The notes: generated from the sequence alone by a model not told the origin. 64,000 nucleotides of DNA from Hypanus sabinus (GCF_030144855.1 NC_082726.1:49042001-49106000), one strand, 5' to 3'. Shown: positions 1 to 12,904, numbered from the stretch's first letter. A program made the numbers and translations.

Positions 1-643
1 TCACCAGCATGTGTCGTGAAATTTGTTAACTTAGCTGCAGCAGTTCAATGCAATACATAATAGAGAAGAAAATAAATAATTAAATAAATTGCAGCATCAT
101 GTACATTGAATAAATTAAAAATCACACAAAAACATTAATGATTTATATTAAAAAAGTGAAGTAGTGTTCATGGGTTCAATGTCCATTTAGGAATCAGATG
201 GCAGAGGGGAAGAAGCTGTTCCTGAATCGCTGAGTGTGTGTCTTCAGGTTTCTCTATCTCCTACCTGATAACAACAATGAGAAAAGGGCATGCCTTGGGT
301 GCTGGAGGTCCTTAATAATGGACGCTGCCTTTCTGAGACGCCGCTCTTTGAAGATGTCCTGGGTACTTTGTGGGCTAGTACCCAAGATGGAGCTAACTAA
401 ATTTACAACCCTCTGCAGCTTCTTTTGGTCCAGTGCAGTAGCACCAACCCCTCCCCCAAACCAGACAGTGATGCAGCCCGTCAGAATGCTCTCCATGGTA
501 CAATCACAGAACTTTTTTGAGTGTTGTTGTTGACATACCAAATCTCTTCAAACTGAATGAAGTATGGTCACTATCTTGCCTTCTTTACAGCTGCATCGAT
601 ATGTTGGGACCAGGTTAGATCCTCAGAGATCTTGACACCCAGG
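1..643 (-). mobile_element. Rex1/Babar-type non-LTR retrotransposon, 3' fragment
   Basis: Minus ORF 254-541 has ESILTGCITVWFG...KAASIIKD..HP.HALFSLL.SGRR, the typical Rex1 RT C-terminus. Its 3'UTR is shared with copies at 1471, 21260 and 48170. Confidence 0.85.
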
Positions 644-1470
644 ACTAAAATATAAAAGCAAGGATGTAATGCTGAGACTTTATAAAGCACTGGTGAGGCA
701 TCACTTAGAGTATTCTGGGCAGTTTTGGGCCCCTTATTTTTGAAAGGACAGTCTGTAACTGGAGAGGGGTCAAAGGAGCTTCACCAAAATGATTCCAGGA
801 TTGAACAGATTGTCATATTGTGGTGAACTACGTCTGTCTGGACACGCCCCCTGCTGACTGCTCCTGTGGCTCCTCCCACAGACCCCTGTACCCCTGTATA
901 AAGGCGATCTGAGGCCTGATCCTCGGCCTCAGTCTCCAGGACGTAGTATGATGGTCACTCACTTCTGGTTCCTTCTTTCAGTCAATAAAAGCCGATATCT
1001 CGCCTTACGTCTCAGAGTGAGTTATTGATGGTGCATCACATATGAAGAGCGATTGATGGCTCTAGGCTTGTATTCAGGAGAATTCAGAAGATTAGGGGTG
1101 ACCTCATTGAAACCCATTGAATGGTGAAAGGCCTCGACAGAGTGGATGTGGAGAGGATGTTTCCTATAGTGTGAGTGTATAAGACCAGAGCACACAGACT
1201 CAGAATAGTGGGGTGTCCTTTTGAAGTGGAGATGAGGAGGAATTTCTTCAGCCAGAGGGTAGTGAATCTGTGGAATTTATTGCCACAGGCAGCTGTGGAG
1301 GCTTAGTCTGTATGTATATTTAAGATGGAGGTTGATGGATTCTTGATTGATCAGAGCATGAAGGGATACGGGGGGGGGAGGGTGGTGGGGGAGGCAGATT
1401 GGGGCTGGGAGAAAAAATGGATCAGCCACAATGAAATGGAGGAGCAGACTTGATGAGCCAAATGGCCTAA
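644..1470 (+). mobile_element. CR1 LINE 3' fragment, interrupted by a solo LTR
   Basis: Decayed YKSKDVMLRLYKALVR.HLEY coding sequence and the CR1 3' end (aatggcctaattctg). The tail resumes near 2351 (ttctgctcct) after a Rex1 insertion. Confidence 0.85.
819..1038 (+). mobile_element. Solo LTR (220 bp) with 5-bp TSD CATAT
   Basis: Starts TG and ends CA. CATAT lies at 814-818 and 1039-1043, TATAAA near 897 and AATAAA at 984-989. Removing it restores the CR1 sequence ttgtcatatgaagagc. Confidence 0.85.
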
Positions 1471-2350
1471 TTCTGAATCTGAATCAGGATCGGGTTTATT
1501 ATCACCAGTATGTGTCATAAAATTTGTTGACTTGGCAGCAGCAGCATGTAATACACAATAATAAAGAAAAAATAATTAAGTAAATCAATTACACAAAGTA
1601 TATATGTATATATTAAACAGATTTAAAATAGTGCAAAAACAGAAATACATATTTTTAAAATGAGGTGGTACTCATGGGTTCCATGTCCGTTTAGGAATCA
1701 TACGGCAGAGGGGAAGAAGCTGTTCCTGAATCACTGAGTGTGTGCCTTCAGGCTTCTGTATCTCCTTCCTTACGGTAACAATGAGAAGAGGGCATGTCCT
1801 GGGTAATGGGGGTCCTCAGTAATGGACGCCACCTTTCTGAGGCACCACTCTTGAAGGTGTCCTGGATATTACATAGGCAAGTACCCAAGATGGAGCTGAC
1901 TAATTTTACAACTTCCTGTAGCTTTTTTCGGTCCTGTGCAATAGCACCCCACACTTCCAATACCAGACAGTGATGCAGCCTGTCAGAATGCTCTCCACGG
2001 TACAACTACGGAAGTTTTCGAGTGTTTTAGATGACAAACCAAATCTCTTCAAACTCCTCATGAAATATAGCCACTGTCTTGCCTTCTTTATAACTGCATT
2101 GATATGTTGGGACCAGGTTAGATCTTCAGAGATCTTGACATCCAGGAACTTTAAATTGCTCACTCTCCACTTCGGATCCCTCTATGAGGATTGTTTGTGT
2201 TCCCTCATCTTACCCTTCATAAAGTCCACAGTCAACCCTTTCATCTTACTGACATTGAGCGCAAGGTTGTTGCTGTGACGTCACTCCACTAGCTGGTATA
2301 TCTCGCTCCTGTACACCCTCTTGTCTCCATCTGAGATTCTACCAACAATA
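1471..2350 (-). mobile_element. Rex1/Babar LINE, 5'-truncated
   Basis: ORFs 1906-2163 and 1748-2005 (FLDVKISEDLTWSQH...ESILTGCITVWY); short-repeat tail at 1471-1490; inserted into a CR1 tail. Confidence 0.85.
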
Positions 2351-2369
2351 TTCTGCTCCTGTATATTCG

Positions 2370-2683
2370 AGACATAGAAAACCTACAGCACAATACAGGC
2401 CCTTTGGCCCATAAAGCTGTGCTGAACATGTCCTTACCTTGGAAATTACCTAGGGTTACCCATAGACCTCAATTTTTCTGAGCTCCATGTATCTGTCCAG
2501 GAATCTCTTAAAAGACCCTACTGTATCTGCCTCCACCACCATTGCTGGCAGCCCATTCCACACACTCACCACTCTCTGTGTAAAAATCTTGCCCTTGACA
2601 TCTCCTCTGTACCTATTTCCAAGCACCTAAAAACTGTGCCCTCTCGTGCTAGCCATTTCAGCACTGGGAAAAAAGCCTTTGAC
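2370..2683 (-). mobile_element. CR1 LINE 3' end
   Basis: Reverse complement of the CR1 end seen at about 43380-43670 (acatagaaaacctacagcacaatacaggccc). Confidence 0.75.
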
Positions 2684-3870
2684 TAGTCAAGACGTCACTT
2701 TTTATTGTCATTTCAACCATAACTACTGGTACAGTGCACAGTAAAAACGAGACAATGTTTTCATGGTTCAAGGGGCTGAATGGCCTACTCCTGCACCTAT
2801 TTTCTATGTTTCAGGACCATGGTGCTACATGAAACAGTACAAAAACTATACTGAACTACGTGAAAAACAACCAGAAAAAAAAAACTACACTAGACTACAG
2901 ACCTACCCAGGACTGCATAAAGTGCACAAAATAGTGCAGGCATTACAATAAACAATAGACAAGACAATAGGCACAGTAGAGAGCAGTAAGCTGGTGTCAG
3001 TCCAGTCTCTAGGTATTGAGGAGTCTGATAGCTTGGGGGAAGAAACTGTTACATACATACGTGAGAGCCCAAATGCTCCGATGCCTTTTCCCAGATGGCA
3101 GGAGGGAGAAGAGTTTATATGAGAGGTGCGTGTAGTCCTTCATAATGCTGTTTGCCTTGCGGATGCAGTGTGTAGTGAAAATGTCTGTAATGGAGGGAAG
3201 AGAGACCCTGATGATCTTCTCAGCTGACCTCACTATCCGCTGCAGGGCCTTGCGATCTGAGATGATGTAATTTCCGAACCAGGCAGTGATGCAGCTGCTC
3301 AGGATGCTCTCAATACAACCCCTGTAGAATGTGATGAAGATGGGGGTGGGAGATGAACTTTCCTCAGCCTTCGCAGAAAGTAGAGACACTGTTGGGCTTT
3401 CTTTGCTATGGAGCTGGTGTTGAGGAACCAGGTGAGAATCTCCACCAGGTGAACACCAAGAAACTTGGTGCTCTGAACGATTTCTACCGAGGAGCCATCG
3501 ATGTTCAGTGGGGAGTGGTCGCTCCGTGCCTTCCTGAAATCAACAACGATCTCTTTTGTTTTGTTCACATTCAGAGGCAGGTTATCGGCTCTGCACCAGT
3601 CCGTTAGCCGCTGCGCCTCCTCTCTGTAAGCTGACTCGTCGTTCTTGCTGATGAGACCCACCACGGTTGTGTCATCTGTGAACTTGATGATGTGGTTCGA
3701 GCTGTGTGTTGCAGCAGTCATGGATCAGCATAATGAACAGCAGTGGACAGAGCACACAGCCCTGGGGGGCCCCTACGCTCAGTGTGATAGTGTTGGAGAT
3801 GCTGCCTCCGATCCGGACTGACTGAGGTCTCCCAGTCAGGAAGTCTAGTATCCATTTGCAGAGGGAGATG
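2684..3870 (-). mobile_element. Rex1/Babar LINE RT fragment with a ~50-bp CR1 tail nested at ~2763-2812
   Basis: Frameshifted ORFs 3672-3905, 3299-3721 and 3009-3389: [47 protein letters not shown]. Confidence 0.9.
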
Positions 3871-4099
3871 TTCACACAATCAATGCCTCTCATCATTTTA
3901 TACACAAATATGGTCTCCTATATCTTATGGTGATCCAAAGGACAATCACTCAGCCCATGATAATGCTCATCCGATTTGGTTTGTATTCGTCTTTTAAAGA
4001 GGAGTCATAATCACTGGTTCTTTTCAAGAGGAAGCTAAATATTCTTCACAGCAAAAGCAGAATGGGACCCACTCAGGTGAGCAGACAAGGCCTAGGCAT

Positions 4100-4490
4100 A
4101 ACCTGGAACCTTAGGAGCATCGATATACAGAGGGATTGTGGGGTAAGAGTCCACACCTCCCTTAAAGTGGCAACACAAGTGGATAGGGTGTTAATGAAAG
4201 CCTATGGCACACTCGCCTTCATTAACGTTGAATGTGAGGGATAAAAGTCAGGATGCCATGTCACCAAAATAAAACCTGGGTTAGGCAACATTTTGAGTAC
4301 TGTGTGCAATTCTGATAGATACATTACAAGGAAGATGTGGAGGCTTAGGGTGGGGAACAGAAGTGGTTCACCAGGTTGTTGTCTGGATTAGAGGGTATTA
4401 ACTATAATGAGAGGTTGGACAAAGTTGGTTTGATTTTCTCAAACATTGGAAGCTGAGGGGTGACCTGATAGAAGTTTATAAAATTATATA
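4100..4490 (+). mobile_element. Decayed CR1 fragment
   Basis: VHTSLKVATQVDRV..KAYGTLAFI in ORF 4062-4244, followed by CR1-like sequence. Confidence 0.7.
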
Positions 4491-4859
4491 CTTTTATCAG
4501 GTTACCTCTTAGGCATAGGTTGCCTCAGTCTTAGAGTGAAGAACGACCCGATGTTTGGACGATTTTAACGCCGGGCTGGATGTCAAGACCAGAGATGAGG
4601 GTTTGACCGATTCTGCCCATTGTTCCACAACTTTTGCTCCGTTCTTTGCTGCACTAAGGCTGAGGTTGTGGGCCTGCTCCAAGCACCCACCCCACCCCAT
4701 TTCATCAAGTCAGGTCATTTCATCAGATCATGAATGATCACAAAATTTTCACCCTTCTGATCTCAGACAAAACTGCTGCTAAGCCAAAGCTGATACTTGG
4801 CAGTGTATTATTCTGACACACAGACTGACATGGACTTTATTATAATAAGGATAATAAAG

Positions 4860-5290
4860 CCTCTTTGATGCTGGTGGGTTCCTCAGACTGCCAAAGTAAG
4901 AAGTTAAATATATTGGTGAACACTCCACCCAGTTGATAGGCACAGGTCTTTAGCACTCAGCCAGGTACCCCGCCTGGGCCAGGATGCTTTCGATTGATAC
5001 ACCCTCTTGAAGGATGCTCTCACCTCAGCCTCAGAGACTGTAGTTACAAGGTCATCAGAGCTGTGGTTGTTTGTCCATGTTTTGATGGTCAAAGCAGGCA
5101 CAGAAGGCAGTGAGCTCATCGGCGAGCGAATCATTGTCGTCACCTATGTCACTTAGTTTCACTTTGTAAGATGTAACATTCAAGCCCTGCTGCAGCTGTC
5201 GAGCATCCCTCAGTGATTGAAGTATGGTCCAGAATTCGCCCGTGAGATGCCTTTCAGGAGATTATAACTGGACCTCTTCTATCTTACTTG
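4860..5290 (-). mobile_element. Decayed Rex1 fragment (region upstream of the RT core)
   Basis: VSEAEVRASFKRV..SKA in ORF 4904-5143. Confidence 0.6.
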
Positions 5291-5539
5291 GTCTACCAGC
5301 AGAATTAATACAGATTAAACACAGAACTGATATGCAGATGGAGCAAGCTAGAAATCGGGTATCACGGTGTTGGATAGTAGAATTAGATTGGTTAGCAAAG
5401 AATGTAGTGGAATGGACTGAAGTAATAAAGCGTGGACGAGGAATTCATCGGCCATTGAGGCAGACTCGGCAAGACATATCTTTTAGATTGAAACTGATGG
5501 TCTTTCAGATAGCACAGTTGTGAGGGTTGAAATTCAACC

Positions 5540-5880
5540 TCTCTCCTTTCCCCCCACCCGTTACCTCTAAGACTCCCAGGTCACTCTCTCCCCTCCCTCC
5601 TCCCACCCGCCTCTCTCCCCACCCCCCGGCCCCTCGCCCCGCTATCAGCTGACTGCAGCTGCCCCCGGAAGCGGTCTTGTGGTTCCGGGACGGCGGAGCG
5701 GGCCCTGCTGTCGGCGAGTGCACCGAGGGAGAGAGTGCGGCTGAGGCGGGGGAGAAGCGCCGCCAGGTCAGACGGGAGCCAAGCCCCGGACCCCCAGTAC
5801 GAGAGGGGCAGCGGCAGGGAGAGGGCTCTGGTTTGTGGGAGGATTTCGTAGATCTGCCGTAAGGGGGGGGCGGGTTAGTG
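5540..5880 (+). promoter_or_regulatory. SAR1A: CpG-rich promoter of SAR1A with probable non-coding exon 1 (candidate donor after 5766)
   Basis: It is the only CpG-dense island upstream of the first coding exon. It carries ETS-type CCGGAAG at 5665-5671, TTCCGG at 5683-5688 and GC boxes, with a candidate donor CAG|GTCAGA at 5766/5767. The ATG exon starts at a splice acceptor, so an upstream exon is required. Confidence 0.7.
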
Positions 5881-6185
5881 GAGCGGTAGGTGAGGTGGAG
5901 AAAGGGTGATTGGAGGAGGGGGTGGGGTCGGAGGGGTTAAGGTAGTGGTAGTGGGAGAGGTGGGTGAGGGAGGTGGTATTTGGGGGGAATTGTGGGTATG
6001 GAAGGAGACTGGGGAAATTAGGGTGAGGGAGTGAGGTTGAAGGTAGGGGATGCTTGAGACGTTGGAACTTTGGAGGGGAGGAGAGAAGAAAGGAAGAAAT
6101 TGGTAGTGGGGGTTGCAAATGAAGTGCATGGAGGGAGGTGAAAGTATGAGAAAAGTGAGGAAGTGTGAACTGACGAGCAGGGTAC
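5861..6185 (+). repeat. G/A-rich low-complexity tract
   Basis: Many G3+ runs and very few C on the + strand. Confidence 0.8.
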
Positions 6186-6189
6186 GGGG

Positions 6190-6700
6190 AGCAACACGCA
6201 CAAAATGCTAGAGGATCTCAGCAGGTCAGGCAGTCTCTATAGAAATGAATAAACAAGAAATCAATGTTTCAATGAGACCCTTCATCAGGACTGAAAAGGA
6301 AGTGGGGGAAGACACCAGAATAAAATAGTCGGGGGTGGGGGGAAGGATAGCTAGAAGGTGATGGGTGGGAAGTCAAAGGACTGGAGAAGAGGGAATCTGA
6401 TAGGAGAGGACAGTGGATCATGGGAGAAAGGAGGGAACCCATGGGGGTGTGAGAAGAGATGGGAGGGCAAAGTGGGGAATAGAAGTTGAAGGGGGGAGTA
6501 AAAAATACTGGAAGGAGAAATAGATGTTCATGCCATTAGGTTGAAAGCTACCTAGATAGAATATGAGGTATTGCTCCTCCACCCTGAGAATGGCCTCATT
6601 GTGGCAAAAGTGGAGGCCATGGATCAACATATTGAAAAGGGAATGGGGTTAGGAATTAACATGGTTGGTCACTAGGAAATTCCACTTTTGATGGATGGAG
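6190..6700 (-). mobile_element. Penelope-like element 3' part (GIY-YIG C-terminus plus terminal repeat)
   Basis: ORF 6418-6630 has RVEEQYLIFYLGSFQPNGMNI.FS, matching the PLE endonuclease tail. The terminal unit acacgcacaaaatgct...cagcaggtcaggcag recurs across the window. Confidence 0.7.
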
Positions 6701-7586
6701 AGGAGGTATTCAGGGTATGGGGAGTGTGGTTGTGAAGACTGGGAAAAAGGAAGTAGATTTGCTGGTAAGGGTGTTGAGTGGTTATAGGGAGAAATGTGGG
6801 TTATGGGAGAATTGAAATGAATTGTTTAGGTTTCTCTTCGGAAGTGGAGAAAGTGGGGAATGAGGGAGGAATTCATTTGAAGTTATAGATGGTTTGAGGT
6901 CCCTAGGGAGGGAAAGTCTATTTCCATTGTTATTTTTAAAGACTTTAATCATATTATGTTAAAATATGCACCATTTCAAATTAAATGTACTTGTTTCCCA
7001 GTCTATCCTGACAGCCTATTCTGGCTCTCTTCCAAGTCCTTGACATTTTCATGCACGAAGGGTATCACTGCAGAATGGGATTCTAAATGCATTGGTCATA
7101 ATCTGTCACCCTGTCTCCCACCTCTTACAGTTGAGACACTAAACAAAAAGCCCTCTAGCTGGAATACCAACGATTTTATGACAATGTTCAAAGTAAAGCA
7201 GAGAAGTAATCTCTGTCATGAGCACTTTTTGTCCACTGATAATCCAGTTACCATGTTACTACTGTTTGTGGTTGTTTACTGTGCTTACATTGGATACCAT
7301 GTTGAACAGGTACCACTGCAGTGCTTACAAAGTAACCTTAGATATTTTGTATGTGCAACTTTTCCTTTGTGCAAAGAATGGCTTTAACACACCACTGCTA
7401 CAACTGTAGTAGGCACCTATAAACCCAAGTTTCTGTCCCATCCCAACAGTTCCATTCTTAAATAGTTTCTATGTCTCCCCCCAACAACCACTTTCAGGTT
7501 TCTGAATGGTCCATAAACTCTACCTCATTATTCCTATTTTTGCATTGTTTATTTATCTGTAATTTATAGTTATTTTAAATCTTTTC

Positions 7587-8280
7587 GGAATCAGGTTTAT
7601 TATCACTGGCACGTCGAAGTGTGTTTTGCTACTGCAGTACGGCGCAATACATAAAATATACTATAAATTATAATAAATATTTATTAATTAATGCAAAAGA
7701 GCAAAAAACTCGTCACACAAGCAGAAGAAAATCTGCAGATGTGTGCAGCAGGATGTTGGAGATCTTTTACCCATCTGTTGTAGCGAGTGCAGTCTTTGCG
7801 GCTTTAAGTTGGGGGAGCAGCGTTGGTGCTGGTAATGCAAGAAGGCTAAATAAACTCATCAAGAAGGCTGGATCTGTCCTTGGCTACAACCAGGATTATT
7901 TTGAGTTGGTGGTGGAGAAGATGTCAGTAAACAAACTGTTATCCATCATGGACAATCCGACACATACTCGTGAGGTAGTGTTCATGTGTTCATCGCCTGT
8001 TGAGAAATGTGATGGCAGAGGGGAAGAAGCTGTCTTAAAATGTTGAGTGAGCATCTTCAGGCTCCTGTATGTCCTCCTTGATGGTAGTAATGAGAAGTGG
8101 ACATATCCTGGGTGGTGGGGGTCCTTAATGATGGATGCCGCCTTTTTGAGACATTGCCTTTTGAAGGTGTCCTTGATGGTGGGAAGGCTTGGGCCCGTGT
8201 TGGAGCTGGCTGAGTTCACTGTACTGCACCTGCAAAATAACAAATTACGTGTCATCTAAGTCAAGTGATAATAATTCTGA
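7587..8280. mobile_element. Nested Rex1 fragments in both orientations
   Basis: Minus ORF 7896-8255 has KKAASIIKDPHHPG; plus ORF 7621-8046 contains RRLNKLIKKAGSVLG...LLSIMDNPTH. Confidence 0.7.
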
Positions 8281-9615
8281 TAGTGCATGGCTGTTGTAAA
8301 TGTATGATCCAGCTTGATCTAGAAAAGGAAAGGTAGAGGGATGGTTGTCAGAAAGTATGGAAAGAGATCTGTAGGGTAAACATTGAGATAATACTCCAAT
8401 TCTGTGTTAAGTCCAAAACATGGGGATCATAAATACATCCAGAAGAATTTCACCAGAAATCTTTGTTTAAAGAGAGGTGACAATTTGGAATTTACTACTG
8501 TCTGGAACATTTGAAGCAATAGTAGGGAAAATTTGAGGGAAATTCAATTAAATAGCTCAGGCAAAAGAAATAGGATTGTGCCCTGGAGGGGTCACTCCAG
8601 TCCATTGCCACCTTCATCATCAGTGCTGCCCGTCCACTTTAGGGAGACTATTCCATAGATCCACAACTTTTGATAAAGATGCTTCTCCACACCTCAATCA
8701 TATGTACCTCAACCCCTTATTCTGAGACTGTGACTCCAAGTTGGGAAAGCAGCCCCTCAGGATCTTGAGCAAAAAACAACTTGCTGGTCAGGTAGTATCT
8801 GTAGAGGTAAAGTGATGCTTGAGTACCTGCATTAGGACTGCCTTTCCCTCTGTGGGTGCTGCCTGGCCTGCTGAGTTCCTCCAGCAATTTGTATTTTACT
8901 CCAGGCCCCACTATCTGCAGTCCGAAGTTTGAAATACATTTGTAATCGAAGTATGTATGCTATTTACAACCATGAGATTTGTCTCCTCGCAGACAGCCAC
9001 AAAACAAAGAAACCTAATAGAACCCATTTTTTAAAAAGACCATCAAATGCCCAATTGTGCAAAAACTGAAACAAATCATGCAATCAATATAGGTAAGCAA
9101 ATAACGTATAGAACTGAAGTTCAGGAAAGTGAGTCCACAGCCTCAGTTCAGCACAGAGACGAGTAAGTCTTTTGTGTCCTCAGGACCTTTGCTGCCAAGC
9201 CCAACCTAAAGATTTGATATTTCGGGGAGATCAACCTCACCGGAGAATGAAGAATGTCAGCTTGTTCTACTTGATCAATCTTCATAAGGCAGCTATGTGT
9301 TGTTAAAGGGCTGAACAGACGATGTTTTTACGATATAAGCTATATAACTCAGTCGTTGCTATCTCAGCCTAAATCGATCATGGTGAAGGTCTTATCTTGA
9401 AAGAGTCAATGGCTCAATCTCTCATTGCATCAACACCTACAAAATATTTTTTGTGTATCTTTCGTGTGATTTTCTGACATACATTGTTCACCATCATCCA
9501 GGTCTTGACAGCAGCTGAACAGTGATTCCTGGTGAGCACTACCATTAATAGTTGCCCTCATAGCTAATTCTTTCTGTAAGGTGAAAGTTTTGGTGTGGCA
9601 GATTGTTTGGCGCAT

Positions 9616-12365
9616 AATAGACAATAGACAATAGGTGCAGAAGTAGACCATTCGGTCCCTCGAGTCTGCACCGCCATTCTGAGATCATGGCTGATCATTC
9701 ACTATCAATACCCAGTCCCTGCCTTGTCCCCATATCCCTTGATTCCCCTATCCATCAGATATCTATCTAGCTCCTTCTTGAAAGCATCCAGAGAATTGGC
9801 CTCCACCGTCTTCCGAGGCAGTGCATTCCACACCTCCACAACTCTCTGGGAGAAGAAGATTTTCCTCAAAACAGTTTTAAATAACTGACCTCTTATTCTC
9901 AATCCATGCTCTCTGGTACTGGACTCTCCCAACATCTTGAACATATTTCCTGCCTCAATCCTATCAAATCCTTTAATTATTTTATACGTTTCAATCAGAT
10001 CCCCTCTCAATCTCCTCAATTCCAGTGTGTACAAGCCTAATCTCTCCAATCTCTCTGCGTAAGACAGCCCTGCCATCTCAGGAATCAACCTAGTGAATCT
10101 ACACTGCACTTCCTCAATTGCCAGAATATCCTTCCTTAAACCTGGAAACCAAAACTGTACACAATATTTCAGGTGTGGTCTCACCAGGGCCCTGTACAAA
10201 TGCAAAAGAACATCCTTGCTCTTGTACTCAATTCCCCTTGTAATAAAGGCAAACATTCCATTTGCCCTCTTCACTGCCTTTTGCACTTGCTCATTCACCT
10301 TCATTGACTGATGAACCAGGACTCCTAGGTCTCTTTGCATTTCTCCCTTACCTAACTCTACACCGTTCAGACAATACTCTGCCCTCTTGTTCCTGCTTCC
10401 AAAGTGGATAACTTCACATTTATTCACATTGAATGACATCTGCCAAGTATCTGCCCACTCACCCAGCCTATCCAAGTCTCCCTGTATTCTCCTAACGTCC
10501 TCTTCGCATGTCACACTGCCACCCAGTTTAGTATCGTCAGCAAACTTGCTGATATAGTTTTCAATGCCCTCATCTAAATCGTTGACATAAATCGTAAAGA
10601 GCTGTGGTCCCAATACAGAGCCCTGTGGTACCCCACTAGTCACCTCCAGCCAGTCCGAGAAACACCCATTCACTGCTACCCTTTGCTTTCTATCTGCCAA
10701 CCAGTTTTCTATCCATGTTGAAACCCTGCCCCCAATGCCATGAGCTCTGATTTTACTCACCAATCTCCTATGTGGCACCTTATCAAATGCCTTCTGAAAA
10801 TCTAGGTACACTATATCCACTGGCTTACCCTCGTCTAACATCCTTGTTACACCCTCAAAAAACTCCAACAGATTAGTCAAGCATGATTTGCCCTTGGTAA
10901 ATCCATGCTGGCTTGGCCTAATCCTATTACTGCCATCAAGATATGCCACTATTTCGACCTTAATAATGGACTCAAGCATCTTTCCCACGACTGACGTTAG
11001 GCTAACGGCGATAGTTCTCCGTTTTCTCCTTCCCTCCCTTCTTGAAAAGTGGGATAACATTAGCCACTCTCCAATCTTCAGGAACTGATCCTGAATCTAA
11101 GGAACATTGGAAAATGATTACCATCCGCAATTTCTTGGGCCACCTCTTTTAGAACCCTTGGATGCAGACCATCTGGACCCGGGGATTTATTAGCCTTCAG
11201 TCCTATCAGTCTACTCATCACAGTTTCTTTCCTAATGTCAATCTGTTTCAATTCCTCTGATATCTTATGACCCTGGCCCATCCATACATCTGGGAGATTG
11301 CTTGTGTCCTCCCTGGTGAAGACAGATCTAAAGTACATATTAAATTCTGTTGCCATTTCCCTGTTTCCCTTAACAATTTCTCCCAATTCATTCTTCAAGG
11401 GGCCAACATTGTTCTTAACTATCTTCTTTGTTTTCACATAGCTAAAAAAGCTTTTGCTATCCCCTTTTATATTCTTGGCTAGACTGAGCTCATACCTGAT
11501 TTTTTTCTCTCCATATTTCCTTTTCAGTTAAGATCTGCTGTTCCTTAAAACTTTCCCAATCATCTGTATTCCCACTCATCTTAGCCCTGTCATACTTCTT
11601 TTTCTTTAATGCTATACAATCTCTGACTTCCTTTGTCAACCACTGTGGCCCCTTTCCCCTCTTTGAATCCTTCCTTCTCATTGGAATGAACTGCTTTTGC
11701 ATCTTTTGTATTATTCCCAAGAATATCTGCCACTGCTGATCCACTGTCTTTCCTGCCAGGGCATCTGCCCATTTAACTTTGGCCAGCTCTTCCCTCATGG
11801 CTCCGTAGTCTCCTTTATTTAATTGCAACACTGACACCTCTGATCTGCCCTTATCCCTCTCAAATTGTAGATAAAAACTTATCCTGTTATGATCACTACT
11901 TCCTAATGGCTCCTTTACTTCAAGATCACTTATCAATTCCTGTTCATTACACATCACCAAGTCCAAAATAGCCTCGTTCCTGGTTGGCTCAAGCACAAGC
12001 TGTTCCAAAAATACATCCCTTAGACACTTCACAAACTCCCTATCCTGGGGTCCAGCACCTACCTGATTCTTCCAGTTCACCTGCATGTCGAAATCTCCCA
12101 TAACGACTGCATTACCTTTAGCACGTGCCAATGTTAACTCTCTAATCAACTTGTACCCAATATCCACGCTACTGTTTGGGGGCCTGTACACAACACCCAA
12201 TAGGGTCTTTTTACCCTTACTGTTCCTCAGCTCAATCCACACAGACTCTACTTCCCCTGTTCCTAAGTCACCCTTTGCTAAGGACTGAAACTCATTCCTC
12301 ACCAACAGGGCCACCCCACCCCCTCTTCCCATATTTCTGTCTCTACGATAGCACGTATACCCTGC
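9616..12365 (-). mobile_element. CR1 LINE, ~2.75 kb of ORF2 (APE endonuclease + RT), 5'-truncated and frameshifted
   Basis: 11490-12368 is the endonuclease (RGGGVALLV, GVVYRPP, VMGDF, LDLV, SDH); 11078-11437 has KSPGPDGLHPRVLKE; 9705-11060 is the RT (DFQKAFDKV, GVPQGSVLGP, FADD). A 7-mer repeat tail (aatagac on +) lies at 9616-9634. Confidence 0.95.
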
Positions 12366-12669
12366 CAAATTCCAATTAAGTTAATTTTGTAGGCCACTGT
12401 GAAAGGTTCAGTCATTGGTGAGACAGCACCTTCATTCCTATCAGCAGCACTATATTTCCTGGACATTTTTCCACATTGCAAAGAACATCTCCTACTGTCA
12501 CTTCTGGCACTTTGCTTACAACTGATGTTAAAATCGTGGGTGTATAATTTTTTGATTGAGACGTAATTTAGATATTTATCTCATATGGGTGTACTTTTAA
12601 CCTCACTCTAGTATTTGAGTGCAATTCCAGCAAAAGAAAAAGGGCAAAGTTAAATGTTGGTACCTTCCT

Positions 12670-12875
12670 GTACACCCAAAGCACCTTACAGCAAAGGGTT
12701 GAAACAAGGCAGCCAATTTTTGCACAAGCTTGATAAATATTGATAAGGACAGCAAAGGTAACTCACCCACTGTTCATTGAAATAGTGGTGTGTGATCTTT
12801 TGTACATACCTGAGAAGGGAGATGAGACTTAATGCCTCAACTGAAAGGCAACACCTCCAATCGTGCAGTGTTTAC
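12670..12875 (-). mobile_element. Ancient Deu-domain SINE relic (SacSINE1/AmnSINE1-like)
   Basis: ggcagccaattt..gcaca..gataaatattg...aaatagtg...gatctttt...cctgaga resembles the reverse complement of the Deu core as I recall it. Related relics lie at about 28430, 54670, 61510 and 62050. Confidence 0.55.
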
Positions 12876-12904
12876 TCTGCTTACATTTTTGTTTTCATGT
12901 CCCT

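Noticed and set aside
5768-6203. Pro/Ser/Leu-rich minus-strand ORFs
   Set aside because: By-product of the G/A-rich low-complexity tract.
6956-7387. 143-aa plus-strand ORF in SAR1A intron 1
   Set aside because: No recognisable domain or splice support; the 3' part looks like decayed SINE sequence.
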